Source of the DNA: Eledone cirrhosa
Taxonomy: Eukaryota
Assembly (NCBI GenBank): GCA_964016885.1
Contig: OZ024743.1
Span: 193,006,001 to 193,070,000 of the forward strand
Direction of reading: 5' to 3'
Length of the DNA stretch: 64,000 nt
Below, piece after piece: positions 25,523-39,619 of the stretch (positions are counted from its first letter, which is position 1; every line of letters starts with the position of its first letter). The notes under the pieces were generated by a model, which ran no database searches, was not told the origin of the DNA, and saw only the letters and a list, made by a program, of their open reading frames with translations. Position numbers and translations under genes: made by a program.

Positions 25523-27002
25523 TTAAAATGAAGCAATCAGGTTCAATACCAGCTAAAATGAGATATTTTTTCATACCATAATTCTGAACTGACTAAAACT
25601 TTGCAAAGTTTCAGCCAGTGCTCTAAGCATAAAAAAATAGATTTGCTAAAGTTTTGAAAAACTTTCTCATGAACAATTTTTACTAGAGGCACTTGAATAA
25701 TGCCGAATATACATAAAATGTCCTAAAACAATCATAGCCTATTTATATAAGTTTTTTAAAATTTTAACATTTCATACTACAAAATGTTTTTTGCAATACT
25801 ATTAACATAATACATTTTTACTTTTTCCTCATAAGTAATGTATGGAGAGAGGAATTTCAGAGATAAGTAGACTGTACAAACAAAATGTGGAAGATTTTGA
25901 AAATGCAAAGATGGATACAATAAAGTACTTTAAATAAGAATTAGGTGTTTTGAGAAGCATAAAATGTAGTTATAGAGCAGGTAATGAGGGAACACAAATG
26001 TTATCCAGAACCTGTAAAAAAAATTAGATGAATTATTGATACTAGAAGCCGGTTAAGAAATTTTCTTAAATATAACCATGTTCCTCGGACTGCAAGATTA
26101 CTATTTGTATGTATATTAATATATCACATTCTGTACATTTCAATTCTTCAACTATAAATCTTCTCACAGCTTATAGACTGTTGATACTGTCAAAATGAAA
26201 TATCATCATTACATCCACTTTTTCATGCTAGCATGGATTGCACGGGACCTTTTGAGACAATATTTTACAATCGGCTGTCCTTCCTTACACCAACCCTTTT
26301 AATCATCTCTTACAACATGCAGAAATACAGTGTACCTATTCTAAAAATCAGGATACGCTTTTCCCTGCTTTAAAATATTGTAAGTTTCCAATAGTCTCAA
26401 TTTTTTTCAGCTCTTCAGATCAAAATGGTTTCCGACTTCTGTTAAAGAAAACCAATTGAATTTGTGACAACTGCTTCATAACCAGACTAAGAATGTATTG
26501 GAAATGGTGATCTCTGGCCAACGTGATACAATGCAACTCATAGAATATGGCTATACTCAAGTTGTCAGATTTCCATGGACTATCAGTAGGTTCTAGTAAC
26601 ATCCTGAAGTGTTGAAAATTACACTGAATCCTGTAATTCAATTATTCCATGTTATTGTGAACTGTTGAAAATTGTTTCCATGGCTTGTATTTAAGATGAT
26701 ATTTAAATAGAATTAAGCTTCCTGTTTACATATTCAAGATATTGTTGCTTTCTAGCACTCAATATTTTCTTGTATTCATTAATCTACAGCCAATTCCATA
26801 ACAAAATGAATGAAGCAACTTATATAATACATATATAGCTCAACTGGAAATTTAATTTTTTATTAAATTTCTCCCTTCAGTATTATTTTTTATTGCTAAC
26901 ATATTTAGTGCAATTATATAAATGAAGAATTTGTTTTTTAATCTTATTTTAAGTTAACTATTTTTATGTTCAAAATTATTATTATTCATGTCATTTTTCT
27001 GT

Positions 27003-27225
27003 ATCATCACTGTTTTATGTCCATTCTTCAACGCTAGCATGGCTTAGACGAGTTGTCCTGTTATGGGCAATGCTAGGTCAGATGACCATGCCTTGCTTAT
27101 ACAGAACTGATTTGGGCTTGGTTTCTACAGCTGGATGCCCTTCTTAATGGCAACCTCATTTACAGTGAGTACTGGGCGCTTTTGTCATGATACCTCCACA
27201 ACCACTTTACAGTGTGGACTGTATG
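27003..27225 (-). mobile_element. RTE-tailed short element
   Basis: Same family as 32760-33030 and 47000-47260. Confidence 0.75.
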
Positions 27226-30200
27226 AAATTATAATCATTTTACCTACATAACATTACCTGATGTTATCCAATGTTGAAAGTATACTCCTAAAATTACCCA
27301 TCATTTGATGGGTCACACTCTAGTATCTTATATACATACAACAAGCCTCCTCACAGTTTCCATCAACCAAATTCACTCATGGCTATAGAAAATATTTGCC
27401 AAAGATGTGACAGTGGAATGAAACTCAAAAACATATGCTTGTGAAGTTAACTTCTTAACTACAAAGCCAAACCTGTGCCTATGGCCATGCATGTACTATT
27501 TCATTTTAAAATTTAAATGAAATATTTAATTTATATTAAGAGAAATTCCAAAAGATAGCTGGTCTCAATAGATAAAGTTTGAATTGAGTGGTTCATGCAT
27601 GAATTTATGCTGTCCAGTAAGTAAAATGAAGAACGAAATTAGCTGACTTATGAATATAGAGTACAGTGTAGCTAACAGCTTTTTAAAATATAATTTAACC
27701 AACCTGCCCTTTCTCATTTTTATAATTCAAATGTTATGGTATTTATAGAAAGATTCTTCATTTGATGAAGAGTATACAGTATAGCTATTTTTAACCTCTC
27801 ATTTGCTACATTCAGCTATGTCAGTGTAATAGAATGTAATGTAACATCAATGTTACTAGTTTAGACTTTTATTAATGGTGCCTCCCAATTCTGACTATGC
27901 TGTATACATAGGATTATCTTTTGTTTTTAGCTTTGTGTTAGTTACTTTTAAAATAGCTTGGCCTTCTGCCATTATCTTCTAATTGAGATAAAAAATGTTG
28001 ATAAATATAACACTTCAAACTCTTAATAATATATCAGCCCTTCTAATAGTAATGCATCATATTAATTGGAAGCATCTAGAGAACTTGGCTGTTTAACTTC
28101 AAATCAGCCCTCATTGAGCAGACCTATAAGTTTGAACATTCTTTTTTTAGGCAATGAGCATATAAAATAACAAACATTGTCAAAAACTCCTTTGTTGGCT
28201 GGTTCTTTTACTGTAGCCTTTTATGGTATAATTGATTATATCAATCCCCCCACTACCAATACTTATTTTATCAACCTCAGAAGGATGAAAGAAAATACAA
28301 CTATGTATTTTGCCCAATACACACAACTTTTTCTGCCAATCCACTGCCTAATCCTAAATTATTCTTATATCAATGAATATTATTCTGTTAGAAGAATTCA
28401 TGTTTTGGTAGTTTTCTTTGATACATTTTCCTGATATTAAAGACAACCATCACCCTTCAGTGTTGGTGGTGAATTAAGCGATACTATTTCAGTCTGTTCT
28501 TATTGATAAACTTCAAATTCTCTCAAATTGGAATAATTCCCAATTCCTCTTCATAGTAACCATAAACCTATTTGGCAACTTGAAATCACAAAATACTGTT
28601 ATCAATTTATCCATTTAAATGTGTTATTCTTGCTAGGTTTTTTTTTTTTTTTACGAGGAGAGGTCTGTTAAAAATGTTATATTCATTTATTATTGGCTTT
28701 GCAAGTTATATGAATTCATCACACCATTAGTTTTATATTTTCCACTCATTACACTTCTTTTAATGGTCTGTCATTGAAATGCAGTCACACTGAGACACTA
28801 CTTTCAAGGATATAAAAAAAAATTATAACCCCAGTACTAGTACAAAATTCATCAGCCTCAGAAAGCTGAAAAACAATGTTGCCAAGGGTAGAATTTGAAC
28901 TCAGAATGAAACAAGGCATCTTTTGTTCAATGCTCTACTGATTCTATCATCTGCACTGACATGCTTTTACTAAAACTATTTTATACACCAAACAATATAA
29001 TTTTCCATGTTCATTTAGATTTGTAACAATTGTGGTGATAATTGTAACAAAAATTGTACTAACAGAAGCAATGGCAGCAGTAGCATTACTTGGGTGGCAT
29101 GGAGATGGGATAAATTGTGTAAAATAAATGCATCTGAAAGGGAAATGATTATTAAATGTGTGTTAGATTTCTATCAGTTTCAACGAATGTACCAATTGTT
29201 TGAACAATAGAACCATATACTCACAAAATTAAAGTGCAAATTGGTGAGTGTTCCATTCAATTCTCAGGGAAATTCAGCATGACAATGTGTGACAAGGCTG
29301 GCCCTTTGAATCATTGGGAATCAAACTAATGACCTCATGATCATGAGCCAAACACTCATCATTAAGCCAAGCACCTTCACAATTACACATATAGACCAGG
29401 GTAGAAAGAAAGTGCCTATATCCTTTTTGGCTGGGGAAATAGGCATATTATGATAAAGTTGGTGAAGTAAATGTTGAAGTCGCTTATGTTAATTTTAAAA
29501 ATTCAGATAAATAGACAAGAAAGGACAATTGAGCAAACAACTTAGTGGAGTGTGAGACTCAACTGAAGAAATGACAGGAGATAAGAGGAATAAAATGGTT
29601 GAAGAGGAAATGGTATGCTATCAAGGAGAAATAACTATTTTAGTAACAGTAGAAGGCAGAAACAAAAAGAAATCATGCCTCAACATATAGGACAGCAAAG
29701 TTGCTGGAAAAATACAGAACTTTATTTAAACAACCTAAATACAAGCTAATATCCTGTTATTTTCTAAGGTGAAAAGATGGTAACTCTCTGGCCCATTTAA
29801 TTATTGGCTTGACTTCAAATATAGCCAAGGAAGCCATTATAAATTATCATTTCAGACACCTTAATATGGTTAAAGATATCAACTGGTGATTCCTATATTG
29901 TAGAACACAGGTTCTCAACCCATTTAGGCCAAACGCCCTCTTTTGTCCCTTGAAATCACGTAACCCCCCCCCCCCCTCTGATTATGTGTTGTATGTGGTC
30001 CTAGATGTGTGTGCTACTCGCTTCTGTTTTTTCTTTTCTTTTTTTTATTTGTAATATTATTTATACAATAGGGAATAAAATAGATCTACATAGTGTTAAC
30101 TCGTTGCAGTTGAGTCAATAATTTCAGACATGAAATACATTGTTATCAGTGAAGGAAAGATAAGATTCTAACTGGCTGCGCTCAAAGTGTCCTTGACCCA

Positions 30201-31636
30201 GTTGACTGTGGGTTTTTCCATTTTTAGGATCTCAATTACCGGACATGCCTGCACACCTGCGGTCAGATTATAGTTATGCTGTCTGCAAGCTCATTCAAAT
30301 GCATTCACACTGGCTGTCTCAAAGACAAACAAATATGGCTTATAAAACTTACCAAAATAAAGAGCTTTCCAGCGCTCCCCCAGCTCCAAACGCCCCCCTA
30401 ACGCGACCTTGCTCCCAAACGCCCCTCTGGAGTTCCGAAACGTCATTAGTTCTCCTCAGATGCATAATTCCAAAAGTCTATGCTGTGTACCTCAACCTGA
30501 TGTAATTACCTAACAACTTTTAATTTAGAAAGTATAACCCTACAGCTGTACAACTTACATTCTTTATATGCTCCGATATGCAAGGTTGTAAACAAGATTT
30601 AGGTTGACCTACATCAATTCATATCACAATTGGTGAACAATAACAGTTGGCTACAGGTTGTCAACAAACCAATCTTGTGTTCACTACATTTTTTACTTTG
30701 TAAAAAATGTAGCTACATCTGTAACTCAATACAAAACAAGTATCTTAAAGGACTTCATTCAGTAACACTGTTTTCATTTTTCTTGCCTCTATTTATATCC
30801 TTCACTGATTATACATTAGCAATAAACACTAGATGCCACAAAATTTCTGATGACCAGATTTCACTTACAAAACTATTGTAAAAGACACTTGCCCAAGGGG
30901 CTTGGTAGTTGGATTGAACCTGGAACCACTCAGTTGCAAAACATAGCCACACAGCCATACTTGTACTATACTAATGTCAATGAAGAGAGCTTCTATGTGG
31001 TCTCTAAAAATAACAGTCAAATCCCACAACCACATTGAATACTGTAGTTCTAAATATGCTAAATATGTACTTGTAACAAAAAAAACAGGATGGTCATGGT
31101 TGGAACTGCTAAATCCAGTTTTATCTAAGGCCAAACAACAATTATATACACTAGCAGAAACACTGCCCTCCACGCAGCTTTCTTAACATTATATAGAATG
31201 TCTAGAGTGACAACTTGATCTTCTAACAGATATACATATGTATATACATAAATAGTAAAACATAGAAGTATAGATATACATGAGGTTAAGGAGTTGCACT
31301 TGCGATCAGAACATCATGGGTTTGATTCCTAGACCAGACAGTGCAATGTGTTCTTGAGCAAGACACGTCATTTTACATTCCCTTTTATAGGACAGGGGGC
31401 TCCTATCATTAAAACACCCAAGAAACCACCAAAAAGATGTACCCTAGTAGGGGACCAGTTAAACCTACATAGGTGTGAGCTGTAAATTTCACTTTTACCA
31501 TTTTGTTTCCATTTCATAATGTATATATCAATATACATAAATGTATGAAAAAAGAAGACTACATTTTTAACATGCAAATGACAAACTCATACTAACATGT
31601 TATATTTAATAAGGCAAATTTTATTCCCTACAAAAT

Positions 31637-32730
31637 GGTATTTCCTGGCACTTCTTCACCCAATGATTATTGTTCGTGCACGTCACATCCATACCAATGC
31701 AATGCAGTCTTCTCTTCTGCACACCACCTCAGATTCCTCTTAAATCCAGTTTCTCCCGCAACTCATCCAAGCTCTTTCTCTAATTAGTTACGCTATAACT
31801 CTTTCCATCACTTTCATAATTTAGTCCATTAGATTTATTCCTCTATAGTTGCTCCTTTCTAGAGCATCACCTTTGTCCCTTGTAGCAATTTATGATTGTA
31901 TTGCTGCACCAGTCATTGGGTATAACACGATCCTATATTACTAGATTGACAATGTGGGTTACTAATTTGTCTCCTTTTTCTCTCAATGCTTTTAGCATCT
32001 AAGCAACTATCTCTGATGGTCCCACAGCTTTACTATTTTCACCTCTTCGATTGCTTCTTGACCCTATAACTGTCAACTTCAATGGTTGGTCCTTCTGTTA
32101 GGTAGGCTGAGGGTAGTTTCTCTTCCTCCCATTTATTCTCTATATTCATCAGTCTCTCATAAGTAACATTTCCATGCCTCTTTCTTTTGAGCATCAGTGG
32201 TGTTAAATGCACTGGTATCATTTCTAACACACTTTTCCCCAACATCATGATTTAAACAGCCACACTGCCTTGCAATGTAGAACACTTCACGTCTCTGATC
32301 CGCACATCTCAGGATGTTGGTAAACTTTCTTCAGCCTTTCTCCGAGCTGTGTATACTTGTCTAGCTTCTCTCTTAGCTACTTGGTACCAGTCTCTGCTCC
32401 CCCAGTTTTCCATACGCGAACGGCAAAGCATAAAAGAATTGAGAGAGGAACTAAGCATAAGAGGAATCAAATGCTGTGTGCGGGAGAGGAGATTACGTTG
32501 GCATGGACACGTGATGCATATGAAGGATGACAGCTGCACAAAATGGTGCAGAGTACTAAAAGTCGATGGAAGCCTTGGAGTGGGGAGACCCAAGAAGACC
32601 TGGAATGAGGTGATAAAAGCTGATATTGCCCAATTGCACCTCTCAAAGGCAATGACACAGGACCGAGACCTCTGGCATTATGCAGTAATACAGAAGACCC
32701 AACTTCCCACAAGTACAAACCAAAGCTGAA
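31637..32730. mobile_element. Rearranged RTE fragments (minus 31637-32405, plus 32410-32730)
   Basis: YERLMNIENKW on minus; RERRLRWHGHV..GRPKKTW on plus. Confidence 0.8.
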
Positions 32731-32754
32731 TCTTATAGACAGTATGCTCCCAAC

Positions 32755-33030
32755 CCTCCCACTGTAAAGTGGTCGTGTAGGTGTCACAACAAAAAAGCAC
32801 CTAGTCTACATTGTAAAGTGGTCGTGTAGGCGCCACGGTAATAAAGCATCCAGTACTCACTGTAAATGAGGTTGGTGTTAGGAAGAGCATCCAGCTGTAG
32901 AAATCAAGCGAAAATCAGTTCAGTATGAGTAAGACATGGTCACTGGACCTGGCATTGCCCAAAACAGGACAACCTGTCTAACCCATGCTAGCGTGGAAGA
33001 ATGGATGTAAACCAGTGATGATGATGATAT
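32755..33030 (+). mobile_element. RTE-tailed short element
   Basis: tggtgttaggaagagcatccagctg ... cccatgctagcgtggaagaatggatgtaaaccagt(gat)n. Confidence 0.8.
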
Positions 33031-35394
33031 ACATATATGTGTGTGTATGTGTTTGCATTCAATTATATATATATATATATATATATATAAATGTATGTAT
33101 CATCAGCATTTCAGTCGCTTTACTCAGCAACTATATGTATGTATATGCTACTTTATAGCATTTCCATGCATGGACACGTCATTCTTTATATTAACTTTAT
33201 CTCCTCTGCACTTTGTAAAAGTGCCAAGAGATTGGCTACATCTAAACTATAATGAAATAAAAAGCGCGGGACTGCGTACGGTTTATAATTTTTTATCCCC
33301 TTAGTAAAATAAGTTGGATTACTTTGAATAAATAATGAATGACTATTACATAATTTATCTACTAAATTTCGTGACTGTTCATTAAATATATTTTATTACT
33401 TATTTAAAATGTTCAAATGTCAACACTTCCGGTTAGCGATCGTTTAAATATTCATATATTTATGTCACTAATTTTCTAATGCAGTTTATATATAATGTCT
33501 TTTTTAATGTATCATGAATTACGTTACTGATTACATAAGACAGTAACACAGTCTTCGTTCAATTTCTGTGTATATTATCAATTACGGTTTAATTTGATGT
33601 ATCATATCTACATGCATATATACTTGCGTATAATATCAATATACACACTACACATGCTAGCAGAAAACCACTCGAGGGTGGTTTTTCTGCTAGTATGTAC
33701 AATGTTTGTTGACATTTAACAGCTGTGATTCTATTATGTAATTTAAGACAACAAGAGTTGTGATGGTCTTTAAGCTTTGTGGTTTAAAGTGCCTAGCTGG
33801 TATCCGAGTCTTGTACTCTGTCGCTTCACGCCATGAAACCGGGATAAGCACCGGCCAAATGAGCCTTCTGGTTTAGACTTTAAACTATTAGATATATATG
33901 TGTGTGTGTGTGTGATTGCCTCTCTTCTTGCACTATAGCTGTCTAACACTTTCTATTCTATACCTAGTTGAACTAACAGGTGGGGCAGGTACCAGTTTAT
34001 ATGTTACAACAGCTGTTGGAGGTTGTGTAAGTTTTGACTTATTTAGGGACGGTAATAGAAAGAGATTTTTTAGACACAAAATCATTATAGATACATATTG
34101 AGTAAGTGTCTTCTATTCTAACCTCAAGCCGACCAATACTTCGTGGGTAGACGAAAACTGTGCAGAAGCCCTTGGAATGTGAATCCTTCCCTATACCAAT
34201 CATTGAAAACAAATGATGTTTATGTTGTTTCCCTTTAATGTCCCTCCCACACTATGGTGCTACAGTCAAAATAAAAACAAGGCATAACAAAGGAGAGGAG
34301 AGATGAGGAATTTGTTGTATTCGTATTGTATCGTCAAACTGAACCAAAACAGTTTCAGCTATACATCAAAAAGGTACTAAAGACAGTTCCATAAATCTAA
34401 GATAATCAAGAAATAACGATTCTGACTTTTTACAATCGTGAAAACAAAGGCGATGGTGTTAAATAAACAACTTCTATTATCGATGTCAATTATTATAAGT
34501 GTTTATTGGGAGGAAGGGATCATCTGATGAAATCCTTATCTCTACAGTGCATTTTTTTAAAATATTCAAATAACCCTTAATAGTACAACAAATGTTGTGT
34601 CAAACCGCGCTGTTGTTTAACCCGAGGTCAGACTCGATCTACGATCAAAAGCATTCCAGACACGACCATTGCCTTCAAAGAGTCTGTGATATTATCCAAT
34701 ATTTTCTTTACGACAATGATCATTTGAGGAAAACTGGGTTGCTATTTCTAGCAAGCCTAACGACAACGTAGAAGCTAGTTCGAGTTTAATCCTTTATGTA
34801 CGATGGTTCACTTCATTAATAACTTGCTGAATGGCCAATAACATCGATCGTTTATCAGCAACGAGGTCAAAACTATTAAATCCAGATAAACAGCTGGTCG
34901 TCCAGGCACCAATGGAAATTTATTATTAAATAACGACACAAATATTTACACAACCTCTCAGTTTAATCAATAACCATACTTCAAATTGGAGACAAAAAAA
35001 AAGGTTTGTAAAATATATTAAAACAACAACACTATTGAAACAGTTTTCTTCTAGAAAAGTCCTTGTATTGAATCGAAGAAGTCACAATAGCTGTTAAGAA
35101 TTAAAATGTTTTACACCAGAAATAAATGTCTCGCCGTTAGCAGACCTGTCTTAACTACTGCTGCTATGACTAATCAAAATTGAAGCAAGGTCTGGTAACA
35201 ATTTTCTCGTTAGATGGATGGAAACAAACATCTAATGGAACTTGACAAACAGTCTATGGTTGATACTAGAACGTTCAGTTAAAAACAGTTTCAATAAAAA
35301 CATACATTTTGCTGACTAATATATAACAAATGAATGTAGTGTGGTGTGTTCGTGGGGGGAAATATCACTATGTAGCGTCTAAAATTGTATATCT

Positions 35395-35577
35395 GAATTG
35401 GCAGTATCGGTAGAGGGTCGGACGTCATGCTTTGCAGCATAGTTATGGCCCTTTACGATCTGAGTTCAAATCCTGTAGAGGTTAACGTTGCCTTTTATCC
35501 TTACGGGGTCGATAAAATAATGTACTAGTCATGCTCTGAGATGATTGCTGGCCTTGTGCCAAAAGTAGAAACAATTA
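35395..35577 (+). mobile_element. tRNA-derived SINE, near full length
   Basis: A-box-like tggcagtatcgg, B-box-like gagttcaaatcc, core gccttttatccttacggggtcgataaaat, tail agtagaaacaatta. Further copies near 37575, 38230, 43300, 44820, 59244, 60905. Confidence 0.85.
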
Positions 35578-36404
35578 TATGTGGACGTACGTATGCATAC
35601 AAAAAGCTTATTGCTTTGTTCATTGTTTTTCGGAAACTACTTACACATACCTAGACAGTAAAGAGTATTTAATTAAGCTCGGTAAAAATATTGACTATTA
35701 TAATTGATATAGACTCGGTTCAATTATTTTGAACTGAGTGATGGTTTTTATTTTATTTTTTAATATGCTAAAAAAATTTAAAACAACCCAGACAGATTAT
35801 TATGGAATTGACGTAAATAATGGATTTGACGCAGCATTTAATGAAACTGCAACCACACACATATACATACACACACATACAAATATATATATATACACAC
35901 ACACATGTATATATACACAAATAGATTTTTTTTATTATTATGGGAGTTTCACTTGTGCACTCAGAATCATTATTGTCCTGTCAGGTCGCAAACAATGGTA
36001 TGAATTCATAGTAAAGCGTATTCAACAGTTTAGCTTTTTGACTGGCTATATTGACTCTTCCATGATGTAAATGCTATATATATATATATATGTATGTGTG
36101 AGTCCAGGTTCAATCGGTGGTAAGCACAGTAAGTGAAGTACTCAATATATTAGTAGAGTATATATAAAACTTAATATATAAATATGGTTTCTACAGGACG
36201 AGAACTGTAAACAGTTCTCGTCCTGTAGAAGCCATTTTCATATATATATATCGAAAATAAACTATCGGAGTATTGAGTTGTCTGAATTTTTTAGAAAATG
36301 CAGAAAATAATTGTAAACATAGTCGTTTGCTATAAAAAGCTGAGAAAATCGGGTACTCGATTTTCTAAACTATTATTTATCTTCTGCGTTTGAGATTTTT
36401 ACAT

Positions 36405-36442
<38 letters not shown>

Positions 36443-36860
36443 ATTAAAACCTATACAAATACATAAACACATATTTTTTAATAATATATATATATTATTT
36501 TGAATACCATTTTTTTTTTTATAAAATTTTTATAAAATGCGGGGGGGGGGGGGGGGATACTAAACGTGATTCATTGAAAGAAGCAAGAAACCCACAACAT
36601 CGTACATCTTTCTTATCTAAGGTTTTGTATCTTTAAAACACATAAGATTACATTAATTTCTATAATTTGCAGAAGCCACCGAAATGTGTTTGATTGCATG
36701 AAATTGTTATTAAAACTCGAAGAACTGTTTTTGTTTTAATAAGATTTTTTTTTAATGAAGCCAAAATATTAAAGTGAACAAAACCGGGTTTTAAATTATA
36801 TCATCTAATATATATATATATATATATTTAGTTATGTAATAAACAACATAAGATAATTAT

Positions 36861-36918
36861 TCCATTTACCAGTGGTTTCTTGAAAGCAGATATATCTGTT
36901 TTCAGTCGTCAGAATGAA
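36861..36918 (-). ncRNA. Type I hammerhead motif, minus-strand copy (sense to the NBR1 pre-mRNA)
   Basis: ttcatt CTGACGA ctgaaaacagatatatctgctttcaa GAAA ccactgg TA aatgga. Confidence 0.7.
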
Positions 36919-36960
36919 TAAAACATGGTGTTTTTATTAAATTTGGATTTGAAAACACCA

Positions 36961-37018
36961 TTCATTCTGACGACAGAAAACAGATATATCTGCTTTCAAG
37001 AAACCGCTGGTAAATGAA
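36961..37018 (+). ncRNA. Type I hammerhead ribozyme motif
   Basis: ttcatt CTGACGA [hairpin] GAAA ccgctgg TA aatgaa; stem I is 6 bp perfect; predicted cleavage after GUA at 37012. Confidence 0.7.
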
Positions 37019-38832
37019 ATAATTATCTTATGTTGTTTATTACATAACTAATAAGATCCGTAACCTACATAGAGCACTCTTTTTTCCTGTACCTTTCCGA
37101 CGGAATTACTTCATTAATATATATAAACATTGATTGCCAACGAAATTAACTCTAGAGATATAAAATATACAGAAGCGAAAACCTAACCAAACAGTGAGTG
37201 CGTTTTATTATTTTTGGCAATATTATAACGATATGACCCTCTCAAAATATAATAACAATATTATATATATAAAATAAAGTACCAGTAATACACTGAAATA
37301 ATTGCTGGCCTTATGCCAAAAGTAGAAACAATTATTACTATGAATGCAATCTATCGCAAAATGCACGGCGTTAAAAAATCTTGACATTAACAAAATTAAT
37401 ATATATATATATTTAAAGGTTAAACAAGGTTCAATGAATGAATCAAAAAATGAATTTTACAATAGTTTGGAAGCACTCAACATATATGGTTTTCCGGAGT
37501 TATTAATATTAATTCAAAATATTAAATAGATATTCTTGTGATCAAGTATATTTTATTATACATATTTCAGAGGTACTGAGTTCAAATCCCGCCGAGGTTG
37601 ACTTTACCTTTCATCCTTACGGGGTCGATAAAATAAAGTACCAGTAATGTACTGAGTATTTGCTGGCCTTGTGCCTAAAGTAGAAACAATTATATATATA
37701 TATTATATATATATATATTTCGTCTTAATATTTTTTACACACACACACACACATATGTATGTGTGTGTGTGTAGTAAATATTAAGACGAAACCGGAGAGA
37801 TAGGAAGTGACGACATCTCGACTAACAGCACTGTTCATTGTTGTACTCGAAAGTAAATATAAACATTAGCCATTACTGCAGTCAGTGAGCTGGATTAGCA
37901 GAATAAATAGTGTGTCGGATAAAATGTCCTGTAATATTTTATTTAGCCTATTACGTCGAGGATTGACTTTGCCTTTCATCCTACTTAGATCGATAAAATT
38001 AAGTACCAGTTAAATACGTGGTCACTCGACCGGCAAGAAACAATAGTTAAAAACTCCTTCAGATCACACCCTAATGTCCCAAAACAAATGAAGGACATTC
38101 AATAGTGCAATCTTGAATACATTAAAATAGGAGAAAAAAAAAGAAAATTCAAAATGGTCTTGGCTTAAATTTCTTTATTACATATCAGGTTTGACCTGGG
38201 ACTAACCAACATTATTTCTATGAATTATACTTCAAATCCCGCCGAGGTTAACTTTGCCTTTCATCCTTACGGGGTCGATAAAATAAAGTACCAGTAATGC
38301 ACTGAGTATTTTGATGGCCTTGTGCCAAAAGTAGAAACAATTATTACTATGAATGCAATCTATCGCAAAATGCACAGCGTTAGAAAATCTTGACATTAAC
38401 AAAATTAATTTACTACAATTATCTTTCTTTCTTTTTTTATTTTATATATTTAATAAAAGTAAATGGATTGTGAATTTTGTTTTGTTTGTTACTTTTTGTA
38501 GAAATTAATAAAGAAAAATATCCGTCCCTCAGGGTGAATCAGTCAAAATTACACAGAAATGGTTACAGGTTTGCTCCTCCATTGAAGTCAGCAGGAAATA
38601 ATAATAACAATGACGATGATTTTAAAAGAATTACACAAGTCTGTTCATTACATTTTAAATAATTGTTGTAATATAATATGCAATAATACCTATAATACTA
38701 TATTAGGCTAGAATATATTTTAGAAACCTAAATATATATATATAAGAACGAGACTTTGAAATTATATCTAACCTAATTACTAATATTTATATTTTTCCTG
38801 CACATACAAACACACCGACATTAAATATATAT

Positions 38833-38886
<54 letters not shown>

Positions 38887-39496
38887 GTGTGTGCGTGAAC
38901 TAAGACGAATAAAATAATTCCTTTTTACGCATGAAATTAAAGAAGTGAACATATGTAAATGTAAACAATGTTTTCTTTTCGAATTTCTCTACTTACCGAT
39001 TTATGTATATATAATAGAAAAATAACATATTGTAAACTCTAACAAAATTCTAAAGTATTTATTTTTTTCTTTCGTACAGATAAACAAAAAAAAATTTTAA
39101 AACAATTTATTTTAGGAAAAAGATAGACAAATATAACATGGCACACAGCTCTCATATATATATATATATAGGCTGGAACAGGTAAGACTGTGTGTGTGTG
39201 TGTGTATATATATATACATTTCTGTTGTGCTTTCAATTTTTTACCATCAAAATGTGTTCTAAATTTGCATAAGAATCCTTATTTAGTCTTCGTTGTAAAT
39301 TTGTCTTGAAATAAATAAATGTTTACAAAAAACGTAGGGTATTAAAAGTTAGTCTAGAAAACAACTTCCAAAAACTAAAATAACTACCACTACACTATTA
39401 TTATTATTAGATGGTGAATGTCGGTGATTTGTTTATTTTTGTATGTTATTCTTGCATAAAACGAAGAAAATAATAAAAGGAAATACAAGTACGTAC

Positions 39497-39604
39497 CATA
39501 CATTTTAGATCAGACCAACACGTATAATAAGGCAATCGCATTAACTGTGAAGAGTCTTCGCTCTTTCCCAGCATTCTGATAACTAAGTTGATGTATCTAT
39601 CCAT
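39497..39604 (-). CDS. NBR1: NBR1-like gene, coding exon 1 (MDRYINLVIRMLGKSEDSSQLMRLPYYTCWSDLKCM), first half of PB1
   Basis: ATG at 39604, acceptor tttcag 13 nt upstream (exon starts 39617), donor ATG|gtacgt in phase 0. The TCWSDLKCM end resembles vertebrate NBR1 TTWADIEAM as I recall it. Confidence 0.8.
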
Positions 39605-39619
39605 TCTTGAAAACGTTCT

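Larger units (their letters stand above)
36828..37051. repeat. Palindrome with 92-bp arms carrying hammerhead motifs (probable PLE terminal remnant)
   Basis: 36828-36919 is the reverse complement of 36960-37051 with few mismatches; abuts (TA)n. Confidence 0.9.

Noticed and set aside
27258-27287. 30-nt minus-strand AG/GT cassette as an extra NBR1 exon
   Set aside because: In the required phase 0 it contains TAA and its pyrimidine tract is weak; PB1 is complete without it.
29907-30440. hAT-like MITE starting caggttctcaacc
   Set aside because: Could not find the matching right TIR or an 8-bp TSD.
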